64,000 nucleotides of DNA from a virus, in IMG/VR virus record IMGVR_UViG_3300013114_000583, positions 64,001-128,000 of that record; one strand, written 5' to 3'. Position numbers and translations under genes: made by a program. This document shows, one piece after another, positions 8,385-16,777 of this stretch. The notes under the pieces are model-generated. The model did not search any database and was not told the DNA's origin. It was given only the letters and a program-made list of their open reading frames with translations. Numbering within the stretch: the first letter of the stretch is position 1; each line of letters begins with the position of its first letter.

Positions 8385-11300
8385 TTATGCTAACAGTTTA
8401 AACATTTTTCTAACGGACCTAGTGCTGAAGCCCCATTGCGGATCATAATTTAGGCGCGCCATGTATGGCCTGTTTACAAATATTAAATCCCTCTCCGGAT
8501 TCACGCCCCAGCATCTTATATTATTTGCCTCATTGTTGCTATCTATAACATTCACAACATAGAAGGCCTTTCCATTTTTAGTTTTCTTTTTTTTGACTGA
8601 TCTTGGTATAAACCAGCAAACTCCCAAATCTGAATCATACTCACTTATAGGTGGTATAAATTTTTCGGCCAACTTCTTTTGCATCTCTGAAGTAACAACC
8701 AAAGACATTGGAAACATCCCTGTCAATTCTACCAAATTAGATATTGTCTCTTCGTGTGAGAATTCGCCCTCTTCCTTATACATGTCGATATTCGCAATTA
8801 AATTCTTTTCTTTCCTTGGCCGGTCAACAGCCACAGAAAACCAAAAGTGTTTTCGCCCAAGAAATCTATCATCCATCAACGAGTCGAGGGCCCCTGAGCG
8901 CACCAATGCATCTATAGATTTCTTATTTAATTTGCTATAAGTTATGTTTTCATTAAATAAGAAATTTTCAATCGAAGAGAAGGGCCGGTTTGCCAATATC
9001 TGCTCTATTGCAGCTTCGCCTAAACCCTTAATCGAAGTTAGAGGTTGGACTAATCTCTTTTCATCGCTCCCTGTTACAGCCCAAGTTGCTCCCGAATTAT
9101 TTATATCAACCTTTTCAATAGCAAAGCCTTGTGACTTGGCTAGATTAATAGCGCGCTCTTTCCGTGTATCCGGCTCTTTGTCTAAGAACGCAGCAGTCCA
9201 CTGTGCAGGATAATAGTTCAGAAGCCACGCGCACTGAAAAGACAAAACACAATAAGAAACTGCGTGAGATTTATTAAACCCGTAGCCGGAAAAATATTCA
9301 AATTTCTCCCAGAGTTCGCGCGCTTGCCATTTAGGCATGCCCTTCTCAATACACCCTTCACGAAATTTAAGCCAAATTGAATCTTTTTGCTCCTGAACTT
9401 CACCGGTGCCCTTCTTTGTTAAAAGTTTTCTAAGTTTATTACCCTCATCAAGAGACAGATCTTTGCCCAACTTGTGAGCCAACATGGCAATCTGTTCTTG
9501 AAAGATTAAAAACCCATAAGTTTCCTCTGTGACTTCTTTAAAAATATTATTGGTATAGTTAATTTCAGAAGGATTTTGCTTAGCACCAATAAACATCTTG
9601 TCTACGCCGGCTGATAAAGGGCCTGGCCTATAAATTGAAGTAATGGCTGCTAAATCTGTTATATTGTCGGGCTTCACTTGCTTGCAAAAACTTTGAGCCC
9701 CAACTTCAGTAAACTGAAAAATGCCCGTCCACTTTCCTTTGTGAAAAACATTCTTCCAAACTTGTGAATCACCCAGGTCCAAAACCCCGGGGTTTAAGTG
9801 CTTATCATAAAAGTCCTTAACCTGCTCAAAAGACGGATTTTGAATTCCTTTTTCTTTTTCCAGAATAAGTTTAATACATACTTCCATCATACGCAAAGAC
9901 GCAAGGCCCAAAATATCAAACTTTATAAATCCCATAGGTTCCAAGTGCCTAACGTTTTGACCCTCGGACCAAGGTGTTTGTCGAACACCTCCGGAATTAA
10001 TCAGCGGCATCCATCTATCGAGATTCTCCCCCACAACAACACCACCAGCATGGCGTGAAGCGGAACGGACTTGACCGTATAACTTGCTGATGTGTGTCTT
10101 TATGTGCGGGTATTTTTTTAAGAATGCTTGCAAGGTCTCGGAGTACTCCATCAGTTCTTCGAAAGAAGGAACATAGACGCCAGCCGTTATCCCTTTCGCT
10201 TTCTTTGCTAAAGGGGTAGCCTCATAAACCATCTTGCTGGTAACATTATTAACTTCTAGAAACTCAATACCATAAAACTTAGATACATCCTTTATAAGAG
10301 ATCTGAGCTGTAAGGTGTTCCAGTTTGTAATTGGGACAACCGTATCGTCACCCCATTCCTCTATAAGCCTCTCTTTCAAAAGCATTGGTTCCGACACATC
10401 ATAGTCTATATCTGGATAACCAGAACCACCAGATGTCAAGAACCTCTCAAATTGCAAGTCGTATTTTATTGGATCAATTTGTGTGATATCCAAAACATAA
10501 GACACTAAAGCGCCGGCGGCGGAGCCGCGGCCAGGACCAACCAGCTGTGTAGACAGGGCACGGTCGGAGATAGATTTCATCGTTAAAAAGTATTTGCTAA
10601 AGCCTCGGGAGCCTATTACTGATAGTTCTCTTTTTATTCTCCTTACGTATTCCTTATTGTTGTGAAGGTTTTTGTCTCTAAGGCCGTGAGTACACAAAAC
10701 CGCTAAAGCTTGGTCGGGCGTTGATCCCTCCGGAACGACAAAATCTGGCAACCTCACCGTGTTATCCGGCAAAAAAGATTCTATACGCTCATGAGCAATT
10801 TCATAAGTTCTGGTAATTGAATTTTTCACCGTCTCATCATCATACTTAATCCCCAATTCCGAAGAATATTTGAGATAGGAATCCCACATTTGGTCTCCGT
10901 TCTTTGGGTATAACTCATAGCCAACCTCTTCAACAGTAATAGGCAGCTCCTCAGACATATAATCTGGCTTGCCTCGGCCGAGCCACCCAAGTCTTTTATA
11001 CAATTCTCGATCCTTCCACACAGTAGGGTCGTAATAGTGAGAATCTGCAGTTGATATGAGCTCAATGCCAAACTCCGTACTCATCTGAATAATATACTGG
11101 TTCAAGACGTGTTGCTCAGGTACGCTGTTCCACTGTAATTCTCCATACCACCTATCCCCGAAGATAGAGATCATCTTTTGCGTAGTTTCACGCATAGCAT
11201 GTAAAACGGCATCTTCTCCGTCCTCGCGGTGCTCCCAATAGTTGCCAGCATAGATGCCGCCCAAGCATGCTGAGGCTGCGATGACTCCCTTGTTGTGCTT

Positions 11301-11810
11301 TTTAAGCAAAGAATAATCCATCCTGGGATATCTATAAAAATTATCGCCGGAATAAGATTTCGAAATCATCTTAAAGATATTTTGTAGCCCCTCTTGATTC
11401 ATCGCCAGTAAAATTAAATGTCTTCGTCGGTTTAAAGAAGATTTTATTTTCTTTTTGGAAGCCTCATTCTCAATCGTCGTACCGGAGGACCGGTCCTCAT
11501 ACTCAGATTTTTTTTTGGCTGCGGCCTTGACTTCTTCGTACTCTTTTTTCCAGTTTGCAACTGAAGGCACGAAATAAGCCTCACAGCCAAAAATTGGTTT
11601 AAAATCTTTACCTTGAATTTTCATTTTTTTAGCATGCAAGACTTGATACGCCAAGCCATTAGCATTACCATGATCAGTCAAAGCAAGGGCATCCATGCCA
11701 TTACTATATGCGTAATCCATATGCTCTTGTGGGTACCCCAAAGCATCAAAAGGTGAGCCGGCCACTGAATGTGCGTGCAGGCCGACAAAGGGTATAGAAC
11801 TATCACTCAA
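8385..11810 (-). CDS. dnaE: DNA polymerase III alpha subunit (family C)
   Basis: PHP motifs (LHAHS, LTDHG, GCEAY, DSHY), GPGRGSAAG, PDIDYD, HAGG, KFDILGL, YGFNKSH, C-terminal OB fold. Confidence 0.97.
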   Translation of the reverse strand: MSDSSIPFVGLHAHSVAGSPFDALGYPQEHMDYAYSNGMDALALTDHGNANGLAYQVLHAKKMKIQGKDFKPIFGCEAYFVPSVANWKKEYEEVKAAAKKKSEYEDRSSGTTIENEASKKKIKSSLNRRRHLILLAMNQEGLQNIFKMISKSYSGDNFYRYPRMDYSLLKKHNKGVIAASACLGGIYAGNYWEHREDGEDAVLHAMRETTQKMISIFGDRWYGELQWNSVPEQHVLNQYIIQMSTEFGIELISTADSHYYDPTVWKDRELYKRLGWLGRGKPDYMSEELPITVEEVGYELYPKNGDQMWDSYLKYSSELGIKYDDETVKNSITRTYEIAHERIESFLPDNTVRLPDFVVPEGSTPDQALAVLCTHGLRDKNLHNNKEYVRRIKRELSVIGSRGFSKYFLTMKSISDRALSTQLVGPGRGSAAGALVSYVLDITQIDPIKYDLQFERFLTSGGSGYPDIDYDVSEPMLLKERLIEEWGDDTVVPITNWNTLQLRSLIKDVSKFYGIEFLEVNNVTSKMVYEATPLAKKAKGITAGVYVPSFEELMEYSETLQAFLKKYPHIKTHISKLYGQVRSASRHAGGVVVGENLDRWMPLINSGGVRQTPWSEGQNVRHLEPMGFIKFDILGLASLRMMEVCIKLILEKEKGIQNPSFEQVKDFYDKHLNPGVLDLGDSQVWKNVFHKGKWTGIFQFTEVGAQSFCKQVKPDNITDLAAITSIYRPGPLSAGVDKMFIGAKQNPSEINYTNNIFKEVTEETYGFLIFQEQIAMLAHKLGKDLSLDEGNKLRKLLTKKGTGEVQEQKDSIWLKFREGCIEKGMPKWQARELWEKFEYFSGYGFNKSHAVSYCVLSFQCAWLLNYYPAQWTAAFLDKEPDTRKERAINLAKSQGFAIEKVDINNSGATWAVTGSDEKRLVQPLTSIKGLGEAAIEQILANRPFSSIENFLFNENITYSKLNKKSIDALVRSGALDSLMDDRFLGRKHFWFSVAVDRPRKEKNLIANIDMYKEEGEFSHEETISNLVELTGMFPMSLVVTSEMQKKLAEKFIPPISEYDSDLGVCWFIPRSVKKKKTKNGKAFYVVNVIDSNNEANNIRCWGVNPERDLIFVNRPYMARLNYDPQWGFSTRSVRKMFKLLA

Positions 11811-12604
11811 AATTTTACTCCACTACTTTTTAAATTAAAAAAAACATCTCTACTATAATTCAACTCAAGTCTCTCATTCTTTATATATTCTACATAATTT
11901 TCCCACGAATTGCAAGAAAAATAATCATTCACCTCTATTTTTTTATACTCGCGGGGACGCGGGATGTTCTTAAATTGTAGCCCAGGAGTTTTAAAATACT
12001 TATTATCTTTTTTTAAAGAAATAATTGTTTGTTTTATATAATCCGACTTAAGACAAGCACCTAAATACAAATTATCAAATATGTCACCTTCACGATAGGT
12101 AATAAGGTAATTATCATCCTCTAGCAAATTCAAGCGATGATATTTTATTGTTTCGATATCGTATAAACCATAGCAAAAAGAAATATAATATTTTTTAGGA
12201 ACAAGCCATCTAGATAACTTATTGGAAAAATGATACACAGCCAGGACGGTATTCATGAAATCCCACGCTACACCACTTCTTCTCAACTTATCTTTGGGGT
12301 GCACACAATAATAATATAAAGGTATCATGACCCTATTATCTCTTGGAAATTTTGTGTAATTAGATTTATTTAAATTCACGGGATCTCGAACAAAATCCCC
12401 CAACCTCTCTCTAACAAGAGGCTGCATCAATTCATCACAGCAAATCCAAATAGAGCTGCAGCCGGCGAATGCACACTCCAAGACAGAACCTTCAATAGAA
12501 GTTAAATTCTCGCTAATTCTTTGTAACGACGGATGCCACGGAAAATTATTTTCCAGATTATAGACCGAAGTAATAACAACACCAACAGGTTTACTCTTCA
12601 TCAA
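11807..12604 (-). CDS. Degenerate nucleotidyltransferase-like (NTP_transferase/GT-A) protein
   Basis: VGVVI...PWHPSLQRI...IEGSVLECAFAGCSSIWIC parallels sugar-phosphate nucleotidyltransferase N-termini, but the GGxGTRL motif is missing. Confidence 0.5.
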   Translation of the reverse strand: MMKSKPVGVVITSVYNLENNFPWHPSLQRISENLTSIEGSVLECAFAGCSSIWICCDELMQPLVRERLGDFVRDPVNLNKSNYTKFPRDNRVMIPLYYYCVHPKDKLRRSGVAWDFMNTVLAVYHFSNKLSRWLVPKKYYISFCYGLYDIETIKYHRLNLLEDDNYLITYREGDIFDNLYLGACLKSDYIKQTIISLKKDNKYFKTPGLQFKNIPRPREYKKIEVNDYFSCNSWENYVEYIKNERLELNYSRDVFFNLKSSGVKF

Positions 12605-13292
12605 AGAACCTCACCTTTTCCGTATCCTCGTATAACGAAACCCCCCTTTTAAAGATATCTCTTCTATAACAATTCAAATCTAAATTTAAATGTATCTGAT
12701 TTCCTGAATTATCAAATCCATTCTTGCGTCCTAGGTGCCCCAAATCAACCAACCTATTTATGAGCTTAAATTTGGCATAAGTATCGGAATATTCTAAAGA
12801 ATTGAGCTGCTCTTGTGTCAAAAAAGATTTAGATATGCAAACCTTATTAAGTCCTGGTACGTCAAACCAGATCTTCTTCATAAAAGGTTCATCAGCATTC
12901 ATCTCCGCAGTTGGCAGAAAATCTATAGAATCTAGCGTAAACCAATCATAAACTAAAAAATTCTTTTTTTCACCAATATAAGAAGAACACTTAACCACCA
13001 GATTTTCTGTATCTGTCACCAAGCATTCTTCGAAGTGCACATCAAACACCTTGTTGTTTTTTAATAAAATTGCGGCATGGTCCTCGTTTAAAGTAATGCT
13101 CCTAACCTTATTAAAAAATAATGCTTTACCGCTAATGTTAAGGTCAAAAACCAATTTATTAAATTCCTCATGCTCTTTTTCCATAAAAAAAGGAGATGCC
13201 ACGACGGTAGATACAATAAAAGAATCATCTCTTTTATTGACCTCTCTCAGGGCTCTTATACTGAAGCCAATAAATAGTTGTTTTACAAACAA
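12591..13292 (-). CDS. Hypothetical protein
   Basis: Long ORF overlapping both neighbours in the operon. Confidence 0.7.
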   Translation of the reverse strand: MFVKQLFIGFSIRALREVNKRDDSFIVSTVVASPFFMEKEHEEFNKLVFDLNISGKALFFNKVRSITLNEDHAAILLKNNKVFDVHFEECLVTDTENLVVKCSSYIGEKKNFLVYDWFTLDSIDFLPTAEMNADEPFMKKIWFDVPGLNKVCISKSFLTQEQLNSLEYSDTYAKFKLINRLVDLGHLGRKNGFDNSGNQIHLNLDLNCYRRDIFKRGVSLYEDTEKVRFFDEE

Positions 13293-15460
13293 ATACCAAG
13301 ATTCCAGTCATATAGAATCTCGCGGCGTCGGACGAGGGCGTAACCGTGATAAGGCAATGAGGGAAAATGTATCATTGCGCCGGCATCATCCCCCTCTTCT
13401 TCTTCTTCTTCTTGGCGGTTGTTGATACAGGCAGCCTCTTCAATGGCTTCCGTAATTGTATCTGTGATCTGCTGAGCATGCTGAATGCCAAAACCAGCCA
13501 ATCCGTCAGAGTGCACCGCGCCGAAATCGATGAGTGGTTGATAGCTCCAGCTATTTTGAGGATTACCAATTATAAATACCATTCCATTCGCATGAGCCAT
13601 GGCGCTAGCTGCAGCATGATTGTTAAACTCGGCGCCTTGCGCTTGCTCATCCCCAATGACAATAACTATGCGATGAGTGTATTCGCGGAGATCGACCTCC
13701 CACGCATCTTCGATACCCTGAATTTGTGCCGCTGGGCGGTTAGTGCTCCATAGAATGTTATCGTCGATGCCATCGTGATCCCAGTCAATTCTATCATCGG
13801 TAAAGAATTTTCCAATTGCATCTAATGTGTTCTCGGTCGAGCCCCCCTGGTTGATTGTGCCTGCTCGCAGATTTAGTCTCAAAGTATTGACAGCATTAGC
13901 CATATCTTCAATGGGCACTACTGGTGGATCTTCTACGCCGGGGACGCAAGTGTCCCCAGGGTAGAACAAGTAAGGATCTGGCATCTCATCGTTGCCAACC
14001 ACGGCTAACATATAACACACATCCACTACACCATCATTGAATAACCTTTGTACTGAATTTCGGGTAGCATCGAATGCGATACCTAGCTCTCCCTGGTCCA
14101 TGGATCCAGAGACATCCACCACCATCATAACTGCTACGCTGCCCTGTAAGAAATCTTCGTCTGCTAGGCCATCACAATCATCATCTTCTTCATTGCATCT
14201 CTCTACACCGGGGCGAATTTCTTGCTGACAGTCAAAATACCCATACTGCATTACGCCTTGAGCATCGCGGCGGGATTCGCAAAATGCGGCACCAAGGCGG
14301 CATTCGCCAGCAACATATTGGGGGCCATCTTCGCGTTGTGCATATGTTAATACCTCGTTTGTAAGTAAATCTGTGGAGCATAACATTGACAACGGGCCGC
14401 CATCCGGGCCTTCATCAATGAAACCATCACAATCTTCATCCGCGCCGTTGCACCTCTCTGGCTGAGGGACGTAATCTGGATGATCACAAGCACAGACCTC
14501 GTCAGCGAAGTCTTCGTCTATATTTCCATCACAATCGTTGTCCATGAAATCACACAATTCACGCGGGAGGGCTCCGCATTCGCCACAAGCATTCAGTAGT
14601 CCCTCATCAATCTCGCCGTCGCAATTGTTATCAACCCCATCACACACTTCGATAGGATCTTCTCCGCATTCTCCACAAACATTCAACAACCCCTCGTCGA
14701 TGTTGCCGTCGCAGTCTTCGTCAAAATGACCGCCATCACAGACTTCGACCGGGTCCGGGCCGCACTCACTACAGACGTTTAAAACCCCTTCGTCAGTTTG
14801 GCCATCGCAGTCATTGTCCCGCCCATCACACTCCTCAGCTGAAGGCAATATTTGCTGCTCACACGAGCCGTATTCATAATAAGTTTCAAGCCCGGCGTCG
14901 GTGGTCACGGATACTTCTCGACATACTGATATCCCAGACATACAGGTTCCCTCTTTCGAAGACCCAGGAGGCCCGGTATAACAGCTCACAAATAATATGG
15001 GGTTTTGAGGCTCAGCGAAGTTATCTGCTAAATTTTGATGGGACTCATTTATTTGTCCGTCACAGTCGTTATCTAATTCATCGCAAACCTCGGTTCTAGG
15101 AAAGTTAACAGGGTTACACTGAGACCAACTCGTTACAAAGCAGGTTTTTTCTCCAACAGCACAGGGACCCAAAAGGCCAGGGAGTTGACACTCTTCTCTC
15201 AGACCCAATCGTTCACAAATTTGTGGTGGGGAGGCATCGAGCTGAGCATCGGGTGGGGATGCGTCCCATTGATACACCACTCTAGAATCTTGCGAAATTG
15301 TGCCGGCGGTGGAATCATCAACAATGGAATCGCGAGTGGTGATGAGGCGGGGTGGTGCATCCTGTTGCGCATCAACTAACAGGGGCGAAGAGGTGTTGTC
15401 AGAGCACGCCGTGGTGAGGGCCCAAACAGCGCATAAGGCTATTTTTATTTTATGTTTCAT
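13283..15460 (-). CDS. Lipoprotein with seven ExCDGxDNDCDGxxDE repeats and a C-terminal vWA domain
   Basis: Signal peptide with lipobox LTTA/C; seven Cys/Asp repeats (MopE-related 'putative metal-binding motif' type); MIDAS VVDVSGSM, GGSTE, IVIGDE. Confidence 0.85.
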   Translation of the reverse strand: MKHKIKIALCAVWALTTACSDNTSSPLLVDAQQDAPPRLITTRDSIVDDSTAGTISQDSRVVYQWDASPPDAQLDASPPQICERLGLREECQLPGLLGPCAVGEKTCFVTSWSQCNPVNFPRTEVCDELDNDCDGQINESHQNLADNFAEPQNPILFVSCYTGPPGSSKEGTCMSGISVCREVSVTTDAGLETYYEYGSCEQQILPSAEECDGRDNDCDGQTDEGVLNVCSECGPDPVEVCDGGHFDEDCDGNIDEGLLNVCGECGEDPIEVCDGVDNNCDGEIDEGLLNACGECGALPRELCDFMDNDCDGNIDEDFADEVCACDHPDYVPQPERCNGADEDCDGFIDEGPDGGPLSMLCSTDLLTNEVLTYAQREDGPQYVAGECRLGAAFCESRRDAQGVMQYGYFDCQQEIRPGVERCNEEDDDCDGLADEDFLQGSVAVMMVVDVSGSMDQGELGIAFDATRNSVQRLFNDGVVDVCYMLAVVGNDEMPDPYLFYPGDTCVPGVEDPPVVPIEDMANAVNTLRLNLRAGTINQGGSTENTLDAIGKFFTDDRIDWDHDGIDDNILWSTNRPAAQIQGIEDAWEVDLREYTHRIVIVIGDEQAQGAEFNNHAAASAMAHANGMVFIIGNPQNSWSYQPLIDFGAVHSDGLAGFGIQHAQQITDTITEAIEEAACINNRQEEEEEEGDDAGAMIHFPSLPYHGYALVRRREILYDWNLGICL

Positions 15461-16154
15461 TTAAAACTCCTTTAATTTCTTTGTAGGCGCCAACAGAGAC
15501 AGGAAAATATTCTTGTACAATGTCAAGGCACGCTTTAGCCACCTGTTGGATCTCCCATTGGGCACCGGGATGAAGTCTTAACATCACAAACTTCATAAGG
15601 TTATGAAGACTAACCGTGCCATAATACTGAGTGTACATGTTTTGCGGAAGTACGCCCCTGGCTTGTTCTCGGCAGACACCATGACGCAGCAAACTATTAT
15701 AAAGTGAGACACATTGTGTGTGATGTTGTTTGACGGCATCACAAGCTTTATCGTAACCATTAATTAGTCCTGATAAAGTCGGGTTAACCAACTCTGGATT
15801 GCTAGCTTGTCTGTTAGAGAGGTGTTGGGTCCTAAAAAACTTTGGTTCATAAAACTGCAGATTTAGACTTGTATATCTTCTACTTATCTCATTATAAGCC
15901 CAAGTTCGGTGACGATGATGCTGGGATCTTACATAAAGAGGTACCGTGAAGCGTAATGTAACAGAGCAGTGCTCAAAAGGACTTGTGTGATCGTTGGAAA
16001 TCAAATATTTTATTAACTTAATATCGCTTTCATCTAGTTCTGTCTTTTCTACAGCGAAAGAAACACGAGCAGCGTTAACAACAGAGAGGTCGTCTCCCAT
16101 GTGTGCAACATACTCAACTGCACCGATATTGTCTTCAAATAAATCAATCCTCAT
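15450..16154 (-). CDS. thyX: Flavin-dependent thymidylate synthase
   Basis: VNAARVS, HTSPFEH, RHR...NEISRRY, EQARGVLP, AQWEI; start MRIDLF at 16154. Confidence 0.96.
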   Translation of the reverse strand: MRIDLFEDNIGAVEYVAHMGDDLSVVNAARVSFAVEKTELDESDIKLIKYLISNDHTSPFEHCSVTLRFTVPLYVRSQHHRHRTWAYNEISRRYTSLNLQFYEPKFFRTQHLSNRQASNPELVNPTLSGLINGYDKACDAVKQHHTQCVSLYNSLLRHGVCREQARGVLPQNMYTQYYGTVSLHNLMKFVMLRLHPGAQWEIQQVAKACLDIVQEYFPVSVGAYKEIKGVLNET

Positions 16155-16467
16155 CCAACCCCCGTAAAATGCCAAGAATATAGTTTTCTAAAATTGCATG
16201 ATATTTTTTATCACTTACTACAAATTCCTCAATCATGTTTTTATCAACTACAATCATACCTCCATCGATCTGATATCCCGTACGTAATTTTTTAAGATCC
16301 GAAGCGCAATCTGAGGCAACATTCAGAACTGTAGCCGTGATGTATCTTTCTTCTTGAGGTTTATAATCCTCGGGAAGCAAGACCGCAGTGTCTGTCTTTG
16401 ATGGATAATGGGGTATAATCGTCACATATCTGTTAACAGGTTTCAAATTTTTTGAAAATTTAAACAC
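16144..16467 (-). CDS. groES: Co-chaperonin GroES-like protein
   Basis: LKPVNRYVTI, VLLP mobile loop, ATVLNV, YHAILENYILG C-terminus. Confidence 0.75.
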   Translation of the reverse strand: MFKFSKNLKPVNRYVTIIPHYPSKTDTAVLLPEDYKPQEERYITATVLNVASDCASDLKKLRTGYQIDGGMIVVDKNMIEEFVVSDKKYHAILENYILGILRGLDED

Positions 16468-16723
16468 CGGTCAAGCCCCCTTGCTTTTTTAAGTTGTTAA
16501 AGAAGTCAGTCAACTGATCCATATCAGTGTCCGACTTCAGCAGCCGATAGGCCTTAACAGCCAGCCTCATCTCTTCTTTTGAAAGCCACCCATTTTCATG
16601 ATAGCTTTCTCTCAAGTCTCTTTTCTGATCCTTGAAGGGCTCCATGGCTGTTTCAATCGCTGCGACAGACCTTATGTAGCCCCTAATTCTTTCCTCTGTG
16701 GTTATCTCTTTTTCTTCACTCAT
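16460..16723 (-). CDS. GapR / T4 DsbA-like dsDNA-binding protein
   Basis: RIRGYIRSVAAIE...QKRDLRE...GW...MRLAVKAYRL helical pattern; own sigma70 promoter. Confidence 0.6.
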   Translation of the reverse strand: MSEEKEITTEERIRGYIRSVAAIETAMEPFKDQKRDLRESYHENGWLSKEEMRLAVKAYRLLKSDTDMDQLTDFFNNLKKQGGLTGV

Positions 16724-16743
16724 ATTGAGCTCCTTTCTATTTT

Positions 16744-16772
16744 AGAATAACAAAAATTCTTCCAATTGTCAA
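16744..16772 (-). promoter_or_regulatory. Strong sigma70-like promoter
   Basis: TTGACA-17bp-TATTCT with TG extension. Confidence 0.75.
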
Positions 16773-16777
16773 ATACT

